A stretch of 64,000 nucleotides of DNA from Pseudoxanthomonas sp. (lineage in GTDB: Bacteria > Pseudomonadota > Gammaproteobacteria > Xanthomonadales > Xanthomonadaceae): positions 172,164 through 236,163 of the forward strand of contig NZ_JBQCIJ010000046.1 of NCBI RefSeq assembly GCF_051953815.1, in the 5' to 3' direction. A program made the position numbers and the translations under genes. How positions within the stretch are numbered: position 1 is the stretch's first letter; every line of letters starts with the position of its first letter. This document shows, one piece after another, positions 26,352-35,204 of this stretch. The notes beneath the pieces are model-generated. The model was not told the DNA's origin. It worked only from the letters and a program-made list of their open reading frames with translations, and did no database searches.

Positions 26352-27752
26352 TCAGATGGTTCGCGAGAACCGCGTGGTCGCGGTGTCCGCGGCGGCGGGC
26401 AGGTATCGGTCGAAGCACATGGCGATGATACGCAACAGCAGGCGTCCACGCGAGGTGGCGCACACTTCCCGGGGACCGACCTCGACCAGCCCGTCGACCT
26501 GCAACGGCTCCAGGCGGGCCAGGGCGTCGGCGAAATAGTCGCGGAAGTCGATGACGTGGCGGCGTTCGACCGCGTCGAAATCGATCCGCCCGTGGCACAT
26601 CAGCTGCTGGATCACGTCCGCGCGCAGCAGATCGTCCTCGTCCAGGCGCATGCCGCGCCAGACCGGCAGGCGGCCGCTGTCGATCGCCTGTTCCCAGCTG
26701 CCGATGTCGCGCGGGTTCTGGCTGAAGCTGGCGCCCACGTGGCTGATCGCGCTCACGCCCAGGCCGATCAGGTCGCTCTCGGCGTGGGTCGAATAGCCCA
26801 TGAAATTGCGGTGCAGGTCGCCGCGCTGCTGCGCCTGCGCCAGATCGTCGCCGGGCAGGGCGAAGTGATCCATGCCGATGTAGACATAGCCGGCTTCGCC
26901 CAGCTTGTCGATCGCGCAACGCAGCAGGTCCAGCTTCTGTTCGGGGGAGGGCAGCTCTTCGGCGTGGATGCGCTGCTGCGGGCGGAACAGCGCCGGCAGG
27001 TGTGCATAGCTGTAGATCGCCAGCCGGTCCGGGCGCGCCTTCAGGGTGATGTCGAGGGTGCGGGAGAACCCGGCCAGGGTCTGCCGGGGCAGGCCGTAGA
27101 TCAGATCGACATTCACCGAGCGCATGCCGTGGGTGCGGCAGGCGTCGATGATCGCCAGGGTGTCGTCGACGCCCTGCACGCGGTTGACCGCCTGCTGCAC
27201 GTCGGGGTCGAAGTCCTGCACGCCCAGGCTGGCGCGGTTGAAGCCGGCGCGGGCCAGTTGACCGACCTCGTCCGGGCTGATGAAGCGCGGGTCCAGTTCG
27301 ATCGAGCAGTCGAAGCCCGTGCCCGAAGCGAACGAAAAATGGCGGCGCAGGACGTCGACGACCTCGGTGATCTGGTCGGGCGACAGGAAGTTGGGCGTGC
27401 CGCCGCCGAAGTGCACCTGGTTGACGTCGCGGTCGCGGTCGAACAGCGGCGAGACCAGCGCGATTTCGCGGTACAGCCGGGTCAGGTAGGCGTCGCCGCG
27501 CGCCTTCTCGCGGGTGATGATGCGGTTGCAACCGCAGTAGAAGCACGGACTGGTGCAGAACGGGATGTGCAGGTACAGCGACAACGGGCGCGGAATCGGA
27601 TCGCCGTTGGTGATGGCCGCCACGTCGCGCAGTTCGGCCTCCTGGAACTGCGCCGAGAATTGCGGCGCGGTCGGATAGGAGGTGTAACGCGGGCCCGGCT
27701 TGTCGTAGCGCCGGAGCAGTTCGGGATCGAAGAGGGCGGAGAGGGCTGGCAT
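26352..27752 (-). CDS. hemN: oxygen-independent coproporphyrinogen III oxidase HemN (radical SAM)
   Basis: 466 aa. N-terminus LLRRYDKPGPRYTSYPTAPQF, radical-SAM CxxxCxxC (HIPFCTSPCFYCGCN), GGGTPNFL. Confidence 0.95.
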   Translation of the reverse strand: MPALSALFDPELLRRYDKPGPRYTSYPTAPQFSAQFQEAELRDVAAITNGDPIPRPLSLYLHIPFCTSPCFYCGCNRIITREKARGDAYLTRLYREIALVSPLFDRDRDVNQVHFGGGTPNFLSPDQITEVVDVLRRHFSFASGTGFDCSIELDPRFISPDEVGQLARAGFNRASLGVQDFDPDVQQAVNRVQGVDDTLAIIDACRTHGMRSVNVDLIYGLPRQTLAGFSRTLDITLKARPDRLAIYSYAHLPALFRPQQRIHAEELPSPEQKLDLLRCAIDKLGEAGYVYIGMDHFALPGDDLAQAQQRGDLHRNFMGYSTHAESDLIGLGVSAISHVGASFSQNPRDIGSWEQAIDSGRLPVWRGMRLDEDDLLRADVIQQLMCHGRIDFDAVERRHVIDFRDYFADALARLEPLQVDGLVEVGPREVCATSRGRLLLRIIAMCFDRYLPAAADTATTRFSRTI

Positions 27753-27786
27753 GGAACAAGGCTAGACAGGGGCGGGCCCCGCCGCC

Positions 27787-27800
27787 TTGACCTGAATCAA
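27787..27800. promoter_or_regulatory. FNR/ANR box TTGACCTGAATCAA
   Basis: 13/14 match to the consensus, in the hemN/moeA divergent region. The centre lies exactly 41.5 nt from the A of the hemN ATG (27752). Confidence 0.7.
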
Positions 27801-27922
27801 CCGTCGGCCAGTTGGCCGGAACCCTTCAGCTATGTGAGGATGCGGCGTCCTTGCCCGCGGATGATGCCGGTGGTGTCGCCGGGAACGGGTATACGGACAC
27901 GGCAATCTTCCAGGGAGCAGGC

Positions 27923-29182
27923 GTGGTCGATTACGAGCAGGCCCTGGCCATCCTCCTGCGCGGGGTGGCGAGGGGAGACAGCGAGACGGTCGCCTCCGCC
28001 GAGGCCGATGGCCGCGTGCTGGCGGCGGACATCGTCAGTCCGGCGGCGCTGCCGCGATTCGACAACGCCGCGATGGACGGCTTCGCCCTGGCCCTGCGCG
28101 GACGCGCGCTTGCCGCCGGACACGAGCTGCCGGTGCGCGGCGCCATCGCCGCCGGCGTCCCGGCGGGAGAAGGCGGCGACGGGGCGTGGGAGATCATGAC
28201 CGGCGCGGCGCTGCCCGCGGGACTGGACACGGTGGTGCCGGTCGAGCGGGTGGATGCGATCGCCGGCGAGGACGCCGGGGCGCCGCCGATCGGAATCCGC
28301 CTGCGTGAAAGCCCCGCGCCCGGCGCCAACGTCCGCCGTCGCGGCGAGGACGTCGGCGAGGGCGAACCGGTGTTGAAGGCTTCGGAGCGGCTCGATTCCG
28401 CCCGCCTCATGCTGCTGGCCGCGCTGGGCGTGACCCGCGTGCCCGTGGTGCGGCGGCCACGCGTGGCGCTGATCGCCACCGGCCGGGAGCTGGTCGATGG
28501 CGGCATCGCCGACGGCGCGGGCATCCACGACAGCAATACGCCGTTCCTGCGGCTGCGGCTGCGCGCGGCCGGCGCGGAGGTGGTGATGGAGGAACGCGTG
28601 GCCGATGATCCGGTCGCGTTCGCGGCCGCGCTGGATCGGATCCGCGAGCGCGGCGTCGATCTGGTGATCAGCACCGGCGCGGTGTCGAAGGGACGCTTCG
28701 ATTTCGTTCCCGGGAGCCTGCGCGCGCGCGGCGCCGAACTGCTGTTCCATGGCGTCGGCATCCGGCCCGGCAAGCCGCTGCTGGCCGCGCGCCTGCCGGA
28801 GGGGCCGCTGCATGTCGGCCTGCCGGGCAATCCGGCCTCCTGCGCGGTGGGATTGCGCTTCTTCGTCGAGCCGGTGCTGCGGGCGATGCTGGGCCTGCCC
28901 GCCGAACGCCCGCTGCGACTGCCATTGGCCGGGCCCGCGTGGCGGCGGCCCGGACTGCGCACGCATCTACATGCGCGCGTGACCTGCGATGCGCGCGGAC
29001 AGCTGACGGTGCATCCGTTGCCACGCCAGGAATCGTTCCGCCTGCGGCCGTTCCTGGTCTCGCAGGCATGGCTGGTGTTGCCGCCGGCGGACGGCGATGA
29101 CGGCAGCCTCGCGCCCGGTGAAATCGTGACGGTGTATCCGCCCGGCCACCTCGATGCGCTGGGCTGGACGCAGACGGCATGA
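27923..29182 (+). CDS. moeA: molybdopterin molybdotransferase MoeA
   Basis: About 419 aa from GTG 27923 (SD GGGAG 5 nt upstream; the ORF is open from 27812). MoeA blocks: YEQALAILL, LPRFDNAAMDGFAL, IMTGAALP, GEDV..GE, TGRELV, I.DSN, DLVISTGAVSKGRFDF, GVGIRPGKP, GLPGNPAS. Confidence 0.85.
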   Translation: MVDYEQALAILLRGVARGDSETVASAEADGRVLAADIVSPAALPRFDNAAMDGFALALRGRALAAGHELPVRGAIAAGVPAGEGGDGAWEIMTGAALPAGLDTVVPVERVDAIAGEDAGAPPIGIRLRESPAPGANVRRRGEDVGEGEPVLKASERLDSARLMLLAALGVTRVPVVRRPRVALIATGRELVDGGIADGAGIHDSNTPFLRLRLRAAGAEVVMEERVADDPVAFAAALDRIRERGVDLVISTGAVSKGRFDFVPGSLRARGAELLFHGVGIRPGKPLLAARLPEGPLHVGLPGNPASCAVGLRFFVEPVLRAMLGLPAERPLRLPLAGPAWRRPGLRTHLHARVTCDARGQLTVHPLPRQESFRLRPFLVSQAWLVLPPADGDDGSLAPGEIVTVYPPGHLDALGWTQTA

Positions 29183-29192
29183 GCCGCGCGGC

Positions 29193-29750
29193 ATGCACGC
29201 GATGATTTCCCCCTGGAACGGCGTCGTACTGGCCGGCGGACGCTCGTCGCGCATGGGCCGGGACAAGGCGATGCTGCCCTGGCAGGGCCGGACGTTGCTG
29301 GAACACATGCGCGAACGCCTGCGCGAAGCCGGCGCGGCGCGGGTGGTGATCAGCGGCGCGCATCCGGATCCGGACGCCATTCCGGACGTCGTCCGCGATG
29401 GCGGTCCGGCGGCCGCGCTCGCGCAACTGGCGCCGCGGCTCGACGATGGCGTCTGGTTGCTGGTGCCGGTGGACATGCCGTTGCTGGATGTGTCGACGCT
29501 GGGCGTGCTGGCCGCATCGTCCGCCGATTGCGCGATCTTCGCCGGGCATCCGCTTCCGATGCGACTGGTGCTGGATCCCCGCAGCCGCGCGGTGCTGGCG
29601 GCGCTGGCGATCGCGCCGCCGCCGCAGCGTTCGCTGCGCGCCATCCACCAGGCGTTGGCGGGCGACGTCATCGACGTCGAGGGAAGGAACGCGCGATTGA
29701 TCAACTGCAACACGCCGGAAGAATGGGACGCGCTGCGCCGCGGAGACTGA
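29193..29750 (+). CDS. mobA: molybdenum cofactor guanylyltransferase MobA
   Basis: About 185 aa (alternative ATG at 29202). VVLAGGRSSRMG.DKA.L, VPVDMPLL, and N-terminal nucleotide-binding fold. Confidence 0.8.
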   Translation: MHAMISPWNGVVLAGGRSSRMGRDKAMLPWQGRTLLEHMRERLREAGAARVVISGAHPDPDAIPDVVRDGGPAAALAQLAPRLDDGVWLLVPVDMPLLDVSTLGVLAASSADCAIFAGHPLPMRLVLDPRSRAVLAALAIAPPPQRSLRAIHQALAGDVIDVEGRNARLINCNTPEEWDALRRGD

Positions 29751-29830
29751 CCACTGACACGTTCGGGCGCGAAAGTTTGTGCTAGGCTCGCTGCGCAGTT
29801 CGCCCAGCCATCAACCGCCAGGTGAGCCTC

Positions 29831-29998
29831 ATGGAGCATCCGCCCCGCCAGGATGTCGCAGGCAAGGCCCGGGAACGCCTTGCCTTTCTGCTGTTGACCG
29901 TGGTCGTTTTTCCGCTGACGGCGGTGCTGATCGTCGCCGGCTACGGATTCCTCGTCTGGATCTACCAGATGTTCGCCGGCCCGCCTTCCGGACCCTGA
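29831..29998 (+). CDS. napE: periplasmic nitrate reductase accessory membrane protein NapE (not in ORF track, 55 aa)
   Basis: MEHPPRQDVAGKARERLAFLLLTVVVFPLTAVLIVAGYGFLVWIYQMFAGPPSGP. It has a single TM and the NapE signature AGYGFLVW...GPP. It ends 3 nt before napF. Confidence 0.8.
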   Translation: MEHPPRQDVAGKARERLAFLLLTVVVFPLTAVLIVAGYGFLVWIYQMFAGPPSGP

Positions 29999-30001
29999 GC
30001 G

Positions 30002-30541
30002 ATGGACACGGCACGGACGATGTCGCGACGCGCGTTGCTGTTCGGCCGGGATGGCGATGACCGTTCTGAACGGACGCCGGGCGCCGCCCGCGTACCCTCG
30101 CCACTGGTGCTGCGTCCGCCCTGGGCATTGCCCGGAAGCGCGTTCGCCCGCGCCTGCACCGGCTGTGTCGCCTGCGTCGACGCCTGCCCCGAACAGGTGC
30201 TCGTGCTGCGCAAGGGCAAGGCCGTGTTCGATCCGGAGCGCGGCGAATGCAGCTTCTGCCATGCCTGCGTAGACGCCTGCGCGCCGGGCGCGCTGCGCGA
30301 TGAAGGCAAGGACGCACCCTGGATCCAACGCGCCGTCGTCGATGACGCCTGCCTCGGCGCGCGGGGCGTGGTCTGCGCCAGTTGCCGCGACGCCTGTCCA
30401 GCGGCCGCCATCCTGATTCCGCCGGCCGCACGCGGCGCCGCCTGCATCGACGCCGATGCCTGCACCGGTTGTGGCGCGTGCGTCGCGGTATGCCCGACCG
30501 ACGCCATCCACCTGCACCAGTCCGAGGAATCTGCGGCATGA
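30002..30541 (+). CDS. napF: ferredoxin-type protein NapF
   Basis: 179 aa with four 4Fe-4S-type Cys clusters (CTGCVACVDACP, CSFCHACVDACA, CASCRDACP, CTGCGACVAVCP). Arg-rich N-terminus. Confidence 0.9.
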   Translation: MDTARTMSRRALLFGRDGDDRSERTPGAARVPSPLVLRPPWALPGSAFARACTGCVACVDACPEQVLVLRKGKAVFDPERGECSFCHACVDACAPGALRDEGKDAPWIQRAVVDDACLGARGVVCASCRDACPAAAILIPPAARGAACIDADACTGCGACVAVCPTDAIHLHQSEESAA

Positions 30542-30852
30542 GCGCGCCCGGCGACGACGAACTGCACATCGCAAGTTTCGTGATCCAGCATCGCCGTGAA
30601 GCCATGCCCGCGCTGGCGGCCGCGATCGGCGGACACGCGGACCTGGAACTGGCCATCCCCGGCGATACCCGCAGCGTGGTGCTGTGCGAATCCGCCGACC
30701 GCTACGCGGTGATGGATCACGTCGATCAGCTGCGCGCGGTGCCGGGCGTGCTCAACGTATTGCTGGTCTATCACCACGCCGAGCCGCGCGATGCGCTGGA
30801 GGCCGAGATGGACACCCCTCCCGATTCGAACCTTGCCGGAGTCCAGCCATGA
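30538..30852 (+). CDS. napD: NapA chaperone NapD
   Basis: 104 aa ([10 protein letters not shown]...[33 protein letters not shown]). ATGA overlaps with both napF and napA. Confidence 0.85.
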   Translation: MSAPGDDELHIASFVIQHRREAMPALAAAIGGHADLELAIPGDTRSVVLCESADRYAVMDHVDQLRAVPGVLNVLLVYHHAEPRDALEAEMDTPPDSNLAGVQP

Positions 30853-33341
30853 GCACCCGCCGGGAATTCATCCGCAACAGCGCCGTCGCCACCGCCGCGG
30901 CCGCCGCCGGCCTGCCCCTGGCGGGTGACGGCAGCAACCTGGTGACCGAGGGTGACCTGACCGCGCTGAAATGGGACAAGGCGCCGTGCCGCTATTGCGG
31001 CACCGGTTGCGGCGTCAACGTGGCGGTCAAGGACGGCCGCGTGGTCGCCACCCACGGCGACGTCCATGCCGAGGTCAACCGCGGCATCAACTGCGTCAAG
31101 GGCTATTTCCTGTCCAAGATCCTGTATGGCCAGGACCGCCTGGGCATGCCGCTGCTGCGCAAGAAGAACGGCGTCTACGCCAAGGACGGCGAGTTCGAGC
31201 AGGTCGGCTGGGACGAGGCTTTCGACGTGATGGCGGCGCAGTTCAAGCGCGTGCTCAAGGAGAAGGGCTCCGACGCGATCGGCATGTTCGGTTCCGGCCA
31301 GTGGACCATCTTCGAGGGATATGCGGCCAACAAGCTGATGAAGGCCGGTTTCCGCAGCAACCACATCGATCCCAACGCCCGCCACTGCATGGCTTCGGCG
31401 GTGATGGGCTTCATGCGCACCTTCGGCATGGACGAGCCGATGGGCTGCTACGACGACATCGAGGCCGCCGATGCATTCGTGTTGTGGGGCTCGAACATGG
31501 CCGAGATGCATCCGATCCTGTGGACGCGGGTGACCGATCGCAGGCTCTCGCATCCGCACGTCAAGGTGGCGGTGCTGTCGACCTTCGAACACCGCAGCTT
31601 CGAACTGGCCGACATTCCGATCGTTTTCAAACCGCAGACCGATCTGGTCATCCTCAACTACATCGCCAACCACATCATCCGCACCGGCAAAGTCAACCAG
31701 GACTTTGTCAACAAGCACACCACGTTCAAGCGCGGCAACGACGACATCGGCTACGGTCTGCGCCCGGACAACCCGCTGGAAATCAAGGCAAAGAACGCCA
31801 AGGACCCGAACGGCGGCGAAGCCATCGATTTCAACGCCTTCGCTCGCTTCGTCGCGCCGTACACGCTGGACAAGGCGGTGGAGATGACCGGGGTCGAGCG
31901 CGGCTGGCTGGAACACCTGGCCGAGCTGTACGCCGATCCGAAGATCAAGGTCACCTCGTTCTGGACGATGGGCTTCAACCAGCACACGCGGGGGGTATGG
32001 GCCAACAACATGGTCTACAACCTGCATCTGCTGACCGGCAAGATCGCCACCCCGGGCAACAGCCCGTTCTCGCTGACCGGCCAGCCCTCGGCCTGCGGCA
32101 CCGCACGCGAGGTCGGCACCTTCAGCCATCGCCTGCCGGCGGACATGGTGGTGACCAACCCCGAGCACCGCAGGCACGCCGAGGAAATCTGGAAGGTGCC
32201 GCACGGCACCATCAAGCCCAAGCCGGGCTATCACGCGGTCGAACAGAACCGCGCCCTGAAGGACGGCAAGCTCAACGCCTACTGGGTGATGGTCAACAAC
32301 AACATGCAGGCGGCGGCCAACCTGCGCGAGGAAACCTGGCCCGGCTACCGCAATCCGCAGAACTTCATCGTCGTTTCCGACGCCTATCCGACGGTGACCG
32401 CGCAGGCGGCGGATCTGATCCTGCCGGCGGCGATGTGGGTGGAAAAGGAGGGCGCCTACGGCAACGCCGAGCGGCGCACGCAATTCTGGCACCAGTTGGT
32501 GAAGGCGCCGGGGCAGGCGCGTTCGGACCTGTGGCAGCTGATGGAATTCTCCAGGCGCTTCACCACCGACGAGTGCTGGCCGGCGGAACTGCTGGCCGCC
32601 AATCCGCAGTTCAAGGGCAAGACCCTGTTCGACGTGCTGTACCGCAACGGCAATGTGGACCGCTTTCCAATCACCGACATCGAACCGGGCTACGCCAACG
32701 ACGAGTCGGCCGCCTTCAGCTTCTACGTGCAGAAGGGATTGTTCGAAGAATACGCCGCGTTCGGGCGCGGCCACGGCCACGATCTGGCCCCGTTCGACGC
32801 GTATCACAAAGCGCGCGGCCTGCGCTGGCCGGTGGTCGACGGCAAGGAGACCCGCTGGCGTTATCGCGAAGGCGCGGATCCCTACGTCAAGGCGGGCACC
32901 GGCTTCCAGTTCTATGGCAACCCGGATGGCCGGGCGGTGATCTGGGCCTTGCCCTACGAGCCGCCGGCCGAATCGCCGGACGAGGAGTACAACCTGTGGC
33001 TGGTCACCGGGCGGGTCCTGGAGCACTGGCATTCCGGTTCGATGACCATGCGCGTGCCCGAGCTGTACCGCAGTTTCCCCGCCGCGGTGGTGTTCATGAA
33101 TCCCGACGATGCCCGCGATCGCGGGCTCAAGCGCGGCGACGAGGTGAAGGTGGTGTCACGGCGCGGCGAGATGCTGTCGCGGATCGAGACGCGCGGCCGC
33201 AACCGGATGCCGCCCGGGGTGATCTTCGTGCCGTGGTTTGACGCCGGTCAGCTGATCAACAAGGTCACCCTGGACGCGACCGATCCGATTTCCAAGCAGA
33301 CCGACTACAAGAAATGCGCCGTCAAGGTGCTGGCCGTCTAG
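30849..33341 (+). CDS. napA: periplasmic nitrate reductase catalytic subunit NapA
   Basis: 830 aa. Tat signal [21 protein letters not shown]-terminal 4Fe-4S motif CRYCGTGCG. Molybdopterin oxidoreductase blocks throughout. Confidence 0.97.
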   Translation: MSTRREFIRNSAVATAAAAAGLPLAGDGSNLVTEGDLTALKWDKAPCRYCGTGCGVNVAVKDGRVVATHGDVHAEVNRGINCVKGYFLSKILYGQDRLGMPLLRKKNGVYAKDGEFEQVGWDEAFDVMAAQFKRVLKEKGSDAIGMFGSGQWTIFEGYAANKLMKAGFRSNHIDPNARHCMASAVMGFMRTFGMDEPMGCYDDIEAADAFVLWGSNMAEMHPILWTRVTDRRLSHPHVKVAVLSTFEHRSFELADIPIVFKPQTDLVILNYIANHIIRTGKVNQDFVNKHTTFKRGNDDIGYGLRPDNPLEIKAKNAKDPNGGEAIDFNAFARFVAPYTLDKAVEMTGVERGWLEHLAELYADPKIKVTSFWTMGFNQHTRGVWANNMVYNLHLLTGKIATPGNSPFSLTGQPSACGTAREVGTFSHRLPADMVVTNPEHRRHAEEIWKVPHGTIKPKPGYHAVEQNRALKDGKLNAYWVMVNNNMQAAANLREETWPGYRNPQNFIVVSDAYPTVTAQAADLILPAAMWVEKEGAYGNAERRTQFWHQLVKAPGQARSDLWQLMEFSRRFTTDECWPAELLAANPQFKGKTLFDVLYRNGNVDRFPITDIEPGYANDESAAFSFYVQKGLFEEYAAFGRGHGHDLAPFDAYHKARGLRWPVVDGKETRWRYREGADPYVKAGTGFQFYGNPDGRAVIWALPYEPPAESPDEEYNLWLVTGRVLEHWHSGSMTMRVPELYRSFPAAVVFMNPDDARDRGLKRGDEVKVVSRRGEMLSRIETRGRNRMPPGVIFVPWFDAGQLINKVTLDATDPISKQTDYKKCAVKVLAV

Positions 33342-33351
33342 GAGATTCGCC

Positions 33352-33936
33352 ATGCGCAACAAGCCATTGCTGATTGCCTTGGGATTGACGGTGGTCCTGG
33401 CGGTGCTGGTGTTCGTGGCGGGGTGGATGTTCGGCAGCCATCGCGCATCTGAGCCACAGGCGACCGCCGACACGCCGGCGGTGCCCGGACCGGCCATCGA
33501 TGCGCCGCTGCCCGGCGGCCAGATCGACGCCCTCCGCCGGGGCGTGCCGGTCGACCAGGAAGGCGCGCCGCCACCGATGGCGCGGGTGGAGAACACCGAC
33601 ATCAAGCGGGTGCGCGCCTACCCGATGCAGCCGCCGACCATCCCGCATGCGATCGATGGCTACCAGGTCGACAAGAACAGCAACCGCTGCATGCTGTGCC
33701 ATGCGCGCGCCAACGCCGCGACCTTCCAGGCGCCGCCGGTGAGCGTGACCCACTATATGGACCGCGACGATCAATTCCTGGCGACCATTTCGCCGCGACG
33801 CTATTTCTGCAACCAGTGCCACGTGGTGCAGACCGACGCCAGGCCGCTGGTGGCGAACAACTTCCAGGACATCGACAGTGTCATCGCGGCCACCCCCGCC
33901 GCGCCGACCGCGCCGGCCAAGCAGGGGAGCGAATGA
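33352..33936 (+). CDS. napB: dihaem cytochrome c NapB
   Basis: 194 aa with an N-terminal TM/signal. Two CxxCH motifs (CMLCH, CNQCH) in NapB context (PPTIPH, YFCNQCHV). Confidence 0.9.
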   Translation: MRNKPLLIALGLTVVLAVLVFVAGWMFGSHRASEPQATADTPAVPGPAIDAPLPGGQIDALRRGVPVDQEGAPPPMARVENTDIKRVRAYPMQPPTIPHAIDGYQVDKNSNRCMLCHARANAATFQAPPVSVTHYMDRDDQFLATISPRRYFCNQCHVVQTDARPLVANNFQDIDSVIAATPAAPTAPAKQGSE

Positions 33937-33939
33937 GCC

Positions 33940-34539
33940 ATGTGGGAACGGATCAAGCAACGCCTGCTGCCCATCTGGCGCACCCTGCGAGTCCCCAGCC
34001 GGCACTACAGCCTGGGTTTCCTGACCGTGGCCGGCTTCGTCGCCGGCGTGGTGTTCTGGGGCGGCTTCAACACCGCGCTGGAAGCGACCAACACCGAGAC
34101 CTTCTGCACCGGTTGCCACGAGATGCGCGACAACGTTTTCCAGGAGCTGAAGACGACCATCCACTACTCCAACCGCTCCGGAGTGCGCGCCACCTGCCCG
34201 GACTGCCACGTGCCGCACAACTGGACCAACAAGATCGCCCGCAAGATGCAGGCGTCGAAGGAAGTCTGGGGCAAGGTGTTCGGCACCATCGACACCCGCG
34301 AGAAGTTCCTGGACCACCGGCTGGAACTGGCGATGCACGAATGGGAGCGGCTGAAGGCCAACGATTCGCTGGAGTGCCGCAACTGCCACGATTACTCGTC
34401 GATGGATCTGACCCGGCAGGGATCACGCGCGGCCCAGACCCACAAGCTGTGGCTGGGTACGCAGAAGAAGACCTGCATCGATTGCCACAAGGGCGTGGCC
34501 CACCACCTGCCGGACATGACCGGAGTGCCGCAGGGCTGA
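33940..34539 (+). CDS. napC: tetrahaem cytochrome c NapC (NapC/NirT family quinol dehydrogenase)
   Basis: 199 aa with an N-terminal TM. Four CxxCH motifs (CTGCH, CPDCH, CRNCH, CIDCH). Confidence 0.95.
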   Translation: MWERIKQRLLPIWRTLRVPSRHYSLGFLTVAGFVAGVVFWGGFNTALEATNTETFCTGCHEMRDNVFQELKTTIHYSNRSGVRATCPDCHVPHNWTNKIARKMQASKEVWGKVFGTIDTREKFLDHRLELAMHEWERLKANDSLECRNCHDYSSMDLTRQGSRAAQTHKLWLGTQKKTCIDCHKGVAHHLPDMTGVPQG

Positions 34540-34585
34540 ATCCCCCAGCCGCTGCGGCTTCCCCAAAGACGATGCCGGGCGGGTC

Positions 34586-34735
34586 CTACCTGCCGCCGCG
34601 GCGGCGCTCTTCCTCGCGCATCTTCTTGCGCAGGAACAGGCTGACCCAGAGGCCGATGCCGAACATCACCAGGCTGCCGCCGATGGCCAGCCAGCCGACC
34701 GGCTCCAGCAGGATTTCGCGAAGGATCGGATGCAT
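34586..34735 (-). CDS. 49-aa single-TM micro-protein (not in ORF track as such)
   Basis: MHPILREILLEPVGWLAIGGSLVMFGIGLWVSLFLRKKMREEERRRGGR: one hydrophobic helix and a basic tail. It lies in frame within track ORF 34586-34909. An FNR box is centred 62 nt upstream. Good GC3. Confidence 0.45.
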   Translation of the reverse strand: MHPILREILLEPVGWLAIGGSLVMFGIGLWVSLFLRKKMREEERRRGGR

Positions 34736-34790
34736 GTGGCGGTTCCCCGGATGGACTGCGCGCAGGTTAACGGGATGGCGGCGCGCGGCA

Positions 34791-34804
34791 TTGACTTGAA
34801 TCAA
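34791..34804. promoter_or_regulatory. FNR/ANR box TTGACTTGAATCAA
   Basis: 13/14 match to the consensus. Spacing fits a class II promoter for the minus-strand 49-aa ORF (predicted TSS ~34756). It is less well placed for the plus-strand ORF at 34891. Confidence 0.65.
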
Positions 34805-34890
34805 TGGGGTTTGCCGCCGGGATCGCGCGAAGAGCGCGTGCACGGGGCGAGGACGCCGGTGTGCGATAAGGTGCGCCGGAGGAACACGGC

Positions 34891-35133
34891 ATGAGCGGCA
34901 CCTATTCACTTCTGATATCGCCCGGGCACGCCGAACTGGTGCAGGGGGACGCCGGCGCCACGCTGGGAGCGGGCTTCCGGCTGGTCCACGAGCAGTTGCG
35001 GAAGGCCAGCGGGGCGCGCTGGTATTTCTACGCCGACGCCTCCCTCAGCAAGCCCGAGGCGCTGCGGCGCGCGCAGCAGTGGTACGACTCCAGCGGCCAT
35101 CCGGACTGGCCGGGACTGGCCGCCGGCGGCTGA
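34891..35133 (+). CDS. hypothetical 80-aa protein
   Basis: ATG start and high GC3. No recognisable motif. Confidence 0.4.
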   Translation: MSGTYSLLISPGHAELVQGDAGATLGAGFRLVHEQLRKASGARWYFYADASLSKPEALRRAQQWYDSSGHPDWPGLAAGG

Positions 35134-35204
35134 AGCCAGCGGCCTCTACATGGCCTTCACCGGGCTTGCCACAGCTTGGAACCGATCGCACAAGGGACCG
35201 TTCC

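Noticed and set aside
29801-29814. FNR site upstream of napE (cgcccagccATCAA)
   Set aside because: Only the right half-site matches. nap is more likely co-transcribed with moeA-mobA or controlled by a regulator whose site I cannot recognise.
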